The notes under the pieces: model-generated | Databases searched by the model: none | Seen by the model: the letters and a program-made list of their open reading frames with translations, nothing else | Told to the model about the DNA's origin: nothing | Shown: positions 24,294 through 36,685 of the stretch, one piece after another | Layout: every line of letters starts with the position of its first letter | Numbering within the stretch: the first letter of the stretch is position 1 | Assembly: GCA_043228905.1 (NCBI GenBank) | Contig: JBHGNT010000007.1 | Location: forward strand, 4,092,001-4,156,000 | Direction: 5' to 3' | Source: Azolla caroliniana | Lineage: Eukaryota; Plantae; Polypodiophyta | DNA: 64,000 bases | Translations under genes and position numbers: made by a program

Positions 24294-26410
24294 TGGAGAT
24301 TTCGAATGACAAATAAACCCGCTTGCCAAGTTCTCCTCTATGTAGGCTCAAAAGACTTCTAACTTGGTGGGTGACAAGTTGTAGATTGGTCCCCATGGTG
24401 GCTCTGCTCCTAGTTGTAAATCGATGGGACAATCGTAGGGACGATGATGAGGAAGAGTACCAGCTTTTACCTTGTCAAATACTTCGGCATAAGGATGATA
24501 TTTCGCCGGAAGTTGCATTAAGGATTCCTCCTTAATATTGCTGAAAGGATGTACTGATATGGCAAATAGGAACATTGCCTCCTTGTGTCCTTCTTCGCGT
24601 AGTTGACGTAGTGAAATGGTCGAAACTCAATGAGTAGATTCTTGGGGTTATCAATATCGGACTTCTCTTGTTCTCCAATCTATGTCTGGATTATGTAGTT
24701 CAAACCAAGGTAATCCTAGGACAATGGGATGCTCTGGACTATTAATTATATTAAATGATACTACACACACAAAACTACCTAGAACAACCTGAATGGGTTT
24801 TTTTGACTCTTCTACAATATTCCCGGAAGCAATGGGACGACCATCAATGACTACTACAGATGCGGGGCAAGGAAGTTTTCTTAAGGATATCTGAGAAGCT
24901 TGGGCAAAATTTCGATCCATGAAACAGGATTTGGCTCCAGAATCTAAAAGTGCTAGGACTTGTACTGGGGGAGTACTTTTAGTACTAACCATGACTTGGG
25001 CTAGGAACACATTGCTAACTTGCTTGGAGGGAATGGAACCACTAATGGGCTGTACAAATCTAGGGTTGTCCAACCAAACGGCTCCTATTTTGGCTGGACT
25101 CAATCGTTTAACTCTTCATCTAATTGACTAAGGATTTCAAATTTGTTTGAGATACTTGGGTTATTAGTACTATTAATACTATCAAACACTCTATTAGTAT
25201 TATTAATACTATCAAACACTCCTAAGGGAAGAATTGACTCGGGTTTAGTACAGGCTAAGATTTGATTTACATGTCTTCTTGGCCTATGGGGACAATTGAT
25301 TGCAATATGCCCTGGTCCACCGTAATAAAGACATAATCGATTTGCACGACGTTGTTGCTTTTCTTCTTCCGATAACGGGCCACGTCGACGCATGGTGTTA
25401 ATCTCCATCGGTGTCGGAGTATTTGCTTGAGGTACGTCGCGTGTGAACTCTTTAGCCGCGACTGAGGTGTATGTGGGCTCCAGCCTAGAGCATAGTATTT
25501 GTAATTGACGTTCGGAACGCCGTTCGAAAAGGCAGTTGTCACATCGGACCGCTCGACTGATTGCCTCCGTAAGAGATTTTGGTTCTTCGGGGAAGGTTAA
25601 AAGTAAATCTTTTACATCGTTTCGCAGGCCGGAGCGAAACTGCTCCATTAGTGTTTGATCATCCCAGGGGATATCGGAGGCGAGTAGACGGAAATCCGCC
25701 GCGTAGGCAGAGGTTGGACGATCGCCTTGACGCAATCTTCGGATCTTGTTGATCGCCGTCTTGATGTTGTTGGTGTCTCCAAAGCAGGCTTTAAACTCAC
25801 TAATAAAATCTTCAAAGTTATTAAGCAAGGGCGATTGTTTTTCTAGAAGCGGAGCGAACCATGCTAAGGTTGAGCCGCTAAGCAATGTGTCTATTAGGCT
25901 GACTCGAGATGCATCAGTGGGGTATCGGGAAGGATGCATTTGGATGACTAATCATACCTGATTAAGGAATCCCCTGAATTGTGATTGCGTTCCATCAAAT
26001 TTCACAAGAAGTCCAATCTTCGGCTCTTTATGAAATCCTTGGGGACTTAATCCTTGTTGTTGCAATGCTGCTTCAAGTTGTTGTACCCGTAACGCTAAGT
26101 CCCCATGTTGTTGCTGCGTTTGTTGTTTTTCTAGAGCAATTTGTTGCAGATCCCCTATTAGCCGTTGGTTTTCTTGTTCCAAGGCAACAAAATTTTCTTT
26201 TAGGCACCGTAGTTCGGAGAAAACAGATTGATATTCTTGGGCGCTAACAGTAGCCATAGTGTAGGGAAAAGGGTAGGAGGATGAGGGAGAACGACAAGTA
26301 GGCTTGAGGAGAAAATTGGTTCAAACTATTAGGAATAGTACTAAAGCAGAGAGAGAATTAGTACTAAAGAAGAGAAGTACTATTAGTACTAAGAGGACAG
26401 GACTGCGTAA

Positions 26411-26444
<34 letters not shown>

Positions 26445-26789
26445 CGAGGATGAGAGAGAGAGAGAGAGATAGCGAGGATGAGAGAGAGAGAAATGATGAT
26501 AACAGCTAGTATATTATGTGAAGGATAAGTACAAAATGGCTAAGAGGCTTAAGACTGGCGTTGAACCAATTTGGTTCAACATAATGCCTAGTGCCTTCTT
26601 TTATAGTGTTCTCAGGAGTAATCCTAAAGCTTCTAGAATGTTCCAGAGAAATCTGGAATATACATTAATTTCTTATAATAAAGTTTAAATGAAAATAATG
26701 TCCTAAAAATTACAATGGATGGTGTGATGGTTAAGAGCTTAACCCATATAACATAAGGTCATGGGTTCGAGTCTTGCCATATCATGATA
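24294..26789 (-). mobile_element. Truncated older copy E of the same chromovirus family (5' LTR 26327-26789, gag, PR, start of RT)
   Basis: Collinear with 20747-23202. Frameshifted gag (25952-26257, 25100-25939). Inserted in the gag of Copia A and cut off at the Copia C 3' LTR. Confidence 0.93.
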
Positions 26790-27180
26790 CCTCTTAGATG
26801 TAGCCCAACATGTGATCATAGATGCATGATGCAAGGCAGTACAACACATGACTCACCACTTGCTCCCAAGTTGGGTAGTCGGCATGTGTTGGGTTGGGTT
26901 GATTTTCATTTGCTCATTCGACATAACTCCAATAGCCTTGGCCGACAAGGTATTGGTGCATCTTGTACTCCCAAGATGCAAAGTTGTTTCTATCGAGCTT
27001 CTCAGTAGGAAGAGCACTTCCCATATGAGTGTTCATTGTCAAACTTCTTCTTATTCTCTTTGATACGAAATGTGCATATTGCTGCTACAATGATCAGTCA
27101 ATTCTTTCCGAACGTGGGCTTAGGCACAACACACGTAAAGGTGATGGGCTTGGATCAAGCTACCACGCACTCTAATACCA

Positions 27181-27229
27181 TGTAAAGAATTGGATGGTTT
27201 CTGTGCAGCGGAAGAACTGTGTGAGTGTG

Positions 27230-27285
<56 letters not shown>

Positions 27286-27570
27286 TTAAGATTACCGAAA
27301 AGCAAAAAAATGTAAATTACAAGGAAACAAGAATGACCAACAGTTACAAAGAGAAGGAGAAGGTGTTTATGTACTCACCTTCTCTCTAAGTTCTCTCACT
27401 AGTACCACCTCTTGGGAAAGAGGTTGTGTCTTAACTACTTAAAGAATATGTGTCATATAACATTAACTTCTGTTACACACTAGTTACTATACAAGGAGGT
27501 GGGGTGGTCACACACTTGAGTATCCCAGAGTGTGTTCCCACACACTGTAAGTCGAGTTTGATTCTCAACA
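27181..27570 (-). repeat. 5' LTR of Copia A
   Basis: Homologous to 9717-10082, adjacent PBS. Confidence 0.9.
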
Positions 27571-28567
27571 ATTTTTGATGGAGGAGTAACCCATGCAAGC
27601 CTTGCTTCGGGCAATTGCATGTTTGCTTGTATGTGTGAATTGAGTTGTAAATATTTGGAAGAGAAAAAAACCATGTGAAATTCGGAAAGGAATTAAAAGC
27701 ATACACGTAAACACTAGTTAACAAGTTATATGTGTTTAGGCAAATAAACCAAAGAATCCCCCATCTAACGCAAAAAACTCACACACAAAACTATGTCACG
27801 CAACACGTCAACTCATATCCAAACCTCTTAAAATGGAAACACACATATATCCTAATTTCATTGGATACCATACAAGTTGAAGGTGTGTTGGACATGACAC
27901 AATGCCCTACTTGAGCTCCATCGCATTGATTTACAAACCAACCATCTCACTAAGCGATATCTCATATCAAATCCCTACATGGAAGAGAAATCATCCATGG
28001 TAACTAATCAATAGAAAAATTAGTATGGAAAATGTGGTTCTCAAAGAATCTTGTCACTTGGATTGCTACCCAAGGTCTCATGAAATTGCCCATCAAATCC
28101 ATGGACAAACCAACAAAGCCCCACAAAGAGATAATATGTTAATACAGAGTGTTTATCTATAAGAGAGATAATTTGTAACAATTCGCCAACAATTGACAAA
28201 AAGGTCTCACGTGGGTGCACTGAATGAGCAACAAGAGGAAACAGGTGAGATCATCTAGAAATTGGATCGTGCCCTTGTGTGAAAAGGGCACGTTGAGAAT
28301 ATCGGTGCACCGTAACTGGCTCGTTCGGTCGAGATTCAATCCATGGGGATCAATTTAGCCAATGAGGCTGAGCTATCATAGCAAAAGCAAACTTGAGAAG
28401 ATTGCAACCTAGAATAATAATAAAAACATTTCATGGATGAATGAATAGACCCAACTCCCAAAAAAGAACTAAGAAACACACCACACACACTTTTTTTATA
28501 GTAATACACACACTTTTTTCTAGTAATACATATGCGCATACACACACACACACACCCACACTCTCCC

Positions 28568-28755
28568 TTTTTTTATCGTAATTAGCTTACCCTAATCGTA
28601 AGTTGTTACTATGTATTGGGTTTGAAACCAAATTTCTCACGTCTCTATTACTCCATACATATCTCTCAATTTTACTAGATGCCATCGTGGAATGTAGGGG
28701 TTGAACCCATGACCTTCTGGTCTCCATTGGGCAAACTTATCAACTGAGCTACATA
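28568..28755 (-). mobile_element. tRNA-derived SINE-like sequence, apparently dimeric
   Basis: Minus strand reads tagctcagttga...aaggtcatgggttcaacccc (A- and B-box), then a second decayed unit (tagtaaaattga...ggtttcaaaccc), then A7. cacactctc occurs on both flanks. Confidence 0.55.
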
Positions 28756-29016
28756 CACACTCTCTTCTTTGTCTCTCTTGTTTCGTAAATAATGGCTTTC
28801 ATTACGAAAGAAAAAACACCACCATGACTAACTTACTATAAAGTATAAAACCCCTTCTACCTATGGGATCTAAAGACTACTACGACTCCAAACTCAATGC
28901 CACCCTACACACCAATTCAAATGGCGAATATGATGATACGTGACCTTGTAGAGTTCTCTCTCTTCATGGTTAAGATTTTGTGACTTCTCTAGCACCGACA
29001 ATTGCCACAAAAAAAG

Positions 29017-29760
29017 TCATTTTAACTTTAGAACATATTTTCTCTCCCCAACTTGCGAATCAAAAGTGAAGGCATTTTGCATATTCCAATTGAACCATAG
29101 TCCCCAATACCTCAAGAACTCAAAAATAATTTGAAAATGAGGCATTGGTTCATTGTTCTCCATACGTGCAAAAACCCAACTGAAGGAAGATAGGCTTACT
29201 CCAGTTAGAGACATCCACAATAATTTGATACATCTCTAAACCATCATTGCCATCGGGCATGAAATAAATCAATGCCTACTATGTTCCTATTCCACCGAAC
29301 AAAAGAAACACGATCCTCGAGTATTGTTTTTTTTTTTTAACGCATCCCCTAATCGTAAAGCTCCAACCATAACTCTCCAAATAAATACCTTGGCTCGTAG
29401 CATCAATCGAGAACACCAACCTGCCTTGATCACATGAAGCCACCAAGTAATGGGCTTATGAAAACCCCATATCTTTATAACCCTTTCTTCCAACCACTCA
29501 CGTTCGTCAATCAACTTGTGATAAGCAACATTCGTTGAGATCATAATCAATCTCCTATTTCCAACAAACCTCCAATCAAGCTCTTGAGGTCACCCATCTA
29601 AATCAGGAATTGGCTCATACGAATACAATATTTCGTGCAACTTATCCCAATATAAAGGTATAACCTTTTGGTATACGCAATGTTGATCGTATTATTCGAA
29701 AAGCCATTAATCTTCTTTGTGACACGAACATAACATCCTTAACTATTACCAAACCCAATC
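29017..29760 (-). mobile_element. L1/Tx1-type LINE ORF2 3' fragment (zf-RVT region)
   Basis: W...RAKVFIWRVMVGAL...CFFCSVE*EHSRH*FISCP zinc-binding motif, with stops. Confidence 0.8.
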
Positions 29761-29781
29761 GAGCCATCGGATTAAATTGAA

Positions 29782-29782
29782 G

Positions 29783-29853
<71 letters not shown>

Positions 29854-29893
29854 ATCACTCTCTCTCTCTGTCTCTCACACACACACACACACA

Positions 29894-29925
<32 letters not shown>

Positions 29926-29929
29926 ATCA

Positions 29930-29979
<50 letters not shown>

Positions 29980-30015
29980 CTCTCTGTCTCTCACACACAC
30001 AATCACTCACTCTCA

Positions 30016-30105
<90 letters not shown>

Positions 30106-30115
30106 ATCTCTCCCT
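29782..30115. repeat. Compound (TC)n/(AC)n microsatellite upstream of CHY1-like gene
   Basis: Alternating TC and AC blocks with a recurring acaatcac linker. Confidence 0.95.
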
Positions 30116-30195
30116 CTCAATGCGAACCAAATCCTCCTCATCTCCTCCTCCCCGCTTCGTTCTCTTCTTTTTCTTCAAAGCATGCGATTATCGAC

Positions 30196-33100
30196 ATGGC
30201 GTCTCTTTCCGAGAGCAGCAATAGCGAGGTCTGGCCATCGATCCTTCCTTTCCCCTCTCTATCTGCTCTGATCTGCTCTGAAATAGAACGCTGTATGGTT
30301 GATTCTTGTAACCTAACTAGGAAACGTTAAAAGAAACCCCTGGCCTTTCAAGAATCGGGTGCGGAATCTCGTTTTTCTTTTGCAGCGGAAGCTCATTCCC
30401 TAAGGAAATCCGTATGTTTTTTGGAGTGGTGTTTAGGTTTCTGAACGATGCTTCCACAGGTAACTGATTTGGTTTCTGTGAGAGGATCTCGACTTCATGT
30501 TTCCAGTGCTTCTTCAAGCACGTAAATTAAGAAACGTTCAGATTTTTGAAATGCTGGCGGCACAGAAAACTGATATACAAAGGGATATGGTAGGATCAGC
30601 TTTTAGTAAATTCCCAAGGCATGCAATCAAGGAACGAAAAGTTTAGGATTTTAGATGATGGTTGCATAAAGTTGTAGCTTCTCTGTAACACATTTTTGTT
30701 ATGATCACTTCACCGTGGCAATGCAAGAAGATTGTAGTATGTTGCCACGGTGACTTGGATGTATTGGAATTTCTAAGATATTCTTTCTGAGGGAGAGAAG
30801 AGTTCATATGCCATAACATTAATATACCCAAAACCTTTCCATTGCTAACACTGCATTATTCCTGACTAATCCTCTTAGGGAAGTGCAAGTGTCTTTTCAT
30901 TAACTGTACACACGAAGTCCGTTTGTTGGGCTAGATGCGCGGCATGAAGCGCTTCTGCAAGAGTGATACCGCATGCTGGGGTAGTGGGCCCCATGATTTT
31001 GTATTGGGTCTCTATACATTCCGATGAAGTCTAATACATGACACAAATCAGTATGCCCTCACTTACTGGTAGTAGCGTCTCCAAACAATTCTGGCAACAC
31101 TACTATCATTCACTGATTATTGGAATTTCTAATAAATTCTTTACAAGCGTAAATGCATATTCCATACTTTAGGTTTCCAAAGTATATTCCAGATCTTTCC
31201 CATGGTAATGCTACATAACTCTGAGGCAGCTCCAGAGAAGTGCCATAAATAGCACTGAATCATGAGTTGCTTTAGTGGTAAAATACTAGGATCAAGGAGT
31301 AAGTCTGTGAATGCGTGAAGCACATAGTATCGGTATTGTGAAGAGATGCTGACAAAATGTTATATTCCATAATTTAGATGATGACAAAAAATTATCTCCT
31401 AGAGGTACATGTTGGTCGTATTTCTGAACATGATACAATCAGGATACAGAAATATGGAGTATAAGATCATATTGATGTCCCTTAGACTGACACATGGGAT
31501 AGAGACCTGAAGGGAATGACATAGAGAATGCGATTTTCTGCAAAATACCTTAAATTGTTTTAGAGATTTGAGTTCTAACATTCATACTGCTATGGAAAAC
31601 TGTTTTAATGGAAGATCTCAAGAATATTATGGAGATATGTGAGACATTATTCTTGTGTATTATATTTGTAAATTAGATAGTGAGAACGGCATAGAGAAAT
31701 TGTTTTCATGGTGTATGTGGAGAGGTTTTAGAGATTCAAGCTCTAATATTCAGGCAGCTATGGAGAGTTTGCTTCCACAGAAGATCCTGAAACTTCAATT
31801 GCAAATTTTCCAATCAGACTTCTTTTTCTTTGTCCTTATCTAATTTAGTTCACATGTCACCACTTAGTACTTATCCTTTTTTCACCAAAAAAGAACACAC
31901 GCCAGATTATAGACCAATTCTACATCTAAACATAATTTGAAAAATGCTCATTATGTGAATGAAAAATAGCACACTGCACATGCTTAGTATACAAAATGTA
32001 TCATAATAGAGAGAAAACATGTGTTTTCTTGCATGCAGATTCTAGCTCTTGAATTTGACCAGGTTCGAGTGGCAATTTTGAATAGGCCAAAACAACTCAA
32101 TGCCCTTTCACATTCAATGGTAAGGATGCTCTATTTTTTGGGGAGGGGGGGATTTAAAAATAAATATTGTCATTGATGTAAATTAAATTGTTTCATCTTG
32201 AAAACGATGCACAGATAAAGTCCTTGAAGAAGCTATATGAACAATGGGAGAATGATACCCAAGTTTCTTTGATCATAATAAAGGTTTCTCTCTGAAAATG
32301 CCAGAAAATTTTCATTTTTTCTTTCTTTTATGTCAATCATTTTAATGTTTTCTGAATGTAGGGATCTGGAAGGGCTTTCTGTGCAGGGGGTGATGTTGCA
32401 GCAACAGCACAATGTGGAAACACAGGTAACCTTTATGTTTCTATTTTGGATGATTTGATTGAATGTGTGAAAGTTCTAACTATGAAAGCATATATTTTTG
32501 TTCATATGTATTACATGGTAGTGTCTTATATGAGCAGTAGACACTTTTAATCAGGGAACTACAATCAGGCAAATGATTTTTTTTATGATGAATATCAACT
32601 TAATTACATAGTGGGAACTTGCAAGAAGCCACATGTAAGTGAATGGAGTTTGAAGTTACAAAACATGTTTTTCATTAATATGCTTTTACACTTTCCTTAT
32701 ACTGCTATTATATGTGGTAGGTATCTCTGCTTGATGGGATTGTAATGGGAGGAGGTACTGGGATTTCGATTCATGGACATATTAGAATTGCAACAGAAAA
32801 AACTGTATATAACTTCTGATCCTTACACTCTACATTTTTGGAACACTCTTTAATGTTTGTCATGGCACAAGTTTTGTGGCACAAATGTATATATAGGAGT
32901 ACAACCAAAGAAACTATACATGTGAGGCAGCTTTTATTCATTTCTTTCATTGATCTACAGCATGAAAGACCATTCTTGGGTATCAGAGCCCATTTTCGCC
33001 TCTTAGATATGCTAATATAGCTTTATTTTTGTTCTTTCTCCCTAATCAAGATCATCATCTCTCTACATTGAAGGTAGTTTCATTGCTTAGAGATCTCTCC

Positions 33101-36100
33101 ATCTTTGACTAGCCAATGTTGGAGATATTTGGAAGGAAAATGTTTCTGTTCATTTGAGATCTCACATTATTTTACAAATAGTTCATGTGAAATTTATGTT
33201 TTGGTCATGGTTAGTTGAATGTACCCTCAACTAAATATTTGTAGGAAAGCTAACATGCCTTTGGGGAAACTTATTGCATTGGTCTCGATAAGACAACAAT
33301 TTAGATGTAATCTCTTGCTGGGGTACATAGCTATTTTGGCCTCTTAGGAACGATACTACAATTTCTTTTTTTGTGGGTTTGTCATTCTCATTGTGTTTTG
33401 AATATCAAAGCCTACATTGTATGGTCTCATTTCTACAGAAAGAATCCATTGTAACCATATTAATAATATTGTCAAAAGCTCTAGCATATTATTAATAAGA
33501 GAATAGACAGTTGTACCATTTCAGTTGTCCAATGTATGGGCTCTGCCATGCATATGAAAACCATACTGTATTTTGTTGAAAGTGCTGTTTTTAATGTATA
33601 GATAACTGTTCCCACTACATTCCACCTCATTTGATACTTTATTTATTTCATGTTTCCCATTCTTCTTCACATATATCTATCATCAAAATTTAATGCTATT
33701 TGTGTAAATAAAAAATTGTGAATGGCAGGTATTTGCTATGCCTGAAACTGCACTTGGTCTACATCCAGATGTTGGAGCATCCCATTTTCTCTCACGCCTT
33801 CCTGGATATTTGGGTACTGTAGAGATAAATTAATGAATTTCTGTAATTTCAAACTTACATGATAAATATGAATGGGGAGAACTTGAAATATCCTTGAGTT
33901 TTTCTTTATTTCCCTAAATGTCCCTAATTAAGTGACAAGTCATCCCCTGTCATTCTTTCGGGGTTGGCATTTGGGGTAATAAACAAAAAGTCACAACTAT
34001 TTGGGGGGGTTTTCCCACACAAATATGTGCATGCCACTATGATGAAAAATATAAACATGCACATATCAAGATGTTTGAAATGTATTTCTATTGTGATTTA
34101 CAATCAATACGACACATTTTTGTTCAGGAGAATATGTAGGTCTAACCGGTGCACGTTTGGACGGACCTGATGTGCTAGCATGTGGACTTGCAACTCATTT
34201 CGTTCCTTCTAAAGTAAGAGTGTGTAGAAAGAGATATGTTTGTACATGCACTTGTTTCATTTCTATAAAAAGTAGGCTTTTCTTTCCTTTTGGATGTGCC
34301 ATTTTTTGTCACAACGATTATTTATCTTTAGGCATTGCTGGAGCTGGAAGAGGTATTGCACAACTTTAGTGGAAGGGAAGTTGAAGACGTGATATCTATC
34401 ATAGATCAATTTGCTCGTCAAGTGAAACCAACAAGTACCAGTCCTCTTTACAAGTTAGTTGTTTCTATTTATATAATATGTGTTAGATACGAAATTATTT
34501 CAAAAGATACCACCAACGAAACTAAATGTGCAAAGTTGTAAGTTTCACTTTAGATCCTTTGTAAATACAAGGCAATGGTAAAAGGTAGGAGAGAGAGATT
34601 CATTCTATTATCATCTTCTGAAGTTAGATATGATCTATGAGACCAAAAATATTACATTTCACGTAATACATGTGAAAGTGAGTAGCGACTCTCAATGTTC
34701 AAGAACTTTACCAATGAATGTTGCAGTCGGGAGTGCACATTGTTGTGAGAGAAATTTATGCAAGGTTTGGGTTTGGTTGAAGATGTGTGGAAAGCATGGA
34801 AACTCTCACTTGTTTAGGCAAAGTATGCATAGTCAACCACTCTCATTACTTGTGCCCCAACACCTTGTTTCACATCGCAGTGCATGTGAGCTAAGTAACA
34901 TGGAAGCAATGACTCGAATGGCAGACAACGGGATGAGCTCTAGCATGTATCGATGTGTATGGTTTCGCTGTTCTGTGAAGAATATGGTTTTGTAGTGGTG
35001 CAACATGTGTAGTATAATGTGTGAAGCGTGAGCCTCCACATTTGTCCCATGTCATGATACATCGGTGTTGCAATCTAGTGATGCATCATGAAACAAGTAT
35101 GTTGCATCTCCCCATCTACCAAACCATTTTTATCTTGCATCCAACTAGAATAGAAAATTTTGCTTTTGTGTCTTTTGGATCTTTTTGTTTGCTTCCCATG
35201 CGATTCTATAAAGTTGATTTGACGGACTTTTTTGAACCTTAAGCATGTATTCAACAACCCTTTCCATGGCCATGATCTCAATGGGAAGTGATCCCCTCTC
35301 AAGGAGGGTGTATGACGTTTGTTTCTTAACATGAAGAAACTTTGTAAGAATAGTTTTGGACATTTTCAAACGCTTTCCAAGTAGATTTAAGGATGCTACT
35401 ACCCCATACCTCCACCGCCATAGAGAAGCACCAGTGTCACCAAAGTGTTGAAAAGGTATTTCTTGAGGACCCAACACTTAATCTCCATGATTACATGTAT
35501 TCTCAAATGCAAATATGCTCTCTTTCCTGCCTCTAAACGGTGTGTAGCACATTCATTCCATCTATGATTTGAAGGAACTTCAAGGCCCAGATATTTGAAG
35601 CTCAATGTTGTACATAATGCATGATTGATCTTTTTTTTTGGCTCTTTACAAGCATAATCTTTGTTTTAGAGCTATTGACACTTAATTTATTGTGCATGTA
35701 AATTTTTTCCAATGCCTTCATCATAAGCTTTTGTGCTTCTCTTATAAGTATTTGTAAAAAGCACTACATCATTTGTATATAACAAAAGCATGATGGCGAC
35801 ATTCCCAATGACAATTTCTTCAATTCCTTCTTCCTTTACAAACTTGGCAACCATTTATTCCAATTCATCTATGCATAGACCAAATAGAGTTAGTTAGAGT
35901 GGGCATCCTTGCTTAACACCAATAGTGCTATTGAAAAAGTTTGAAAGTTTATTACCCATACGCACATAACATATAACCTTCTCATAGATTTGGGAAATTG
36001 TAAGCATATATTTATGTGACACCTCTAGTTCTTCCATTTGTCTCCAAAGATGCTCCGAGGTACCATATCAAAAGCTTTCCTAAAGTCTACAAAGCACGGA

Positions 36101-36623
36101 TAGATCACATGCCTTCATTAATACATAATCTCCCATACTTCCTACGTAATGGATCCTTTGAGTTACATAATGGACAAGGATCCACTCCAATATCTCCATA
36201 TTTTGGTATTTTACAACTCTAGCATTAAAATCTCCCATAATCAACACTTTACCAAGCTTCTAAAAAACAAATATGTCTTGACAAAAGTCTGTGAAATGAT
36301 CACTTATAATCATCATACTTACATAGTTTTATATAATTATCTAAGCTCTCATGGTAAATGCATGCTATTTGTGCACATTCAATGTTCCCTTTAGAGTGAG
36401 GCCATATTGATCATGCTCCCAGGTTTTCGCCAATAATACAACATCAATACCTTGCGCTATATCACTTAGTCTTAACCCCTTATCCCATGGATATCTTGTG
36501 CAATTTCAAAACATGATTTTCAAATTTGAGGTATACGTAGTCCTACGGGCCATCACTTGCTATGCATTTTGATTTCCTTTCCTAGATGTATATGCTTAAA
36601 TTCTACGTTCTTGCCTTCTTTCC

Positions 36624-36685
<62 letters not shown>

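Larger units (their letters stand above)
9717..27570 (-). mobile_element. Ty1/Copia LTR retrotransposon A (outermost host of the nest, degenerate, middle deleted)
   Basis: Matching LTRs 9717-10082 and 27181-27570 (tgtaaagaat...ttctcaaca). Near-TSD attgt/atttt. iMet-type PBS (tggtattaga, 27171-27180) and PPT ttgaaggggcg next to 10083. gag start MNTHMGSALPTEKLDRNNFASWEYKM at 27036. INT/RT/RNaseH remnants 10200-12793. Confidence 0.9.

Noticed and set aside
29777-30271. 164-aa ORF (SLSL/HTHT) and the [16 protein letters not shown] start that looks like a mitochondrial presequence
   Set aside because: The ORF is microsatellite translation. The ATG at 30182 is out of phase with exon 2 at the 30228 donor, whereas ATG 30196 is in phase and the protein ends in SKL.
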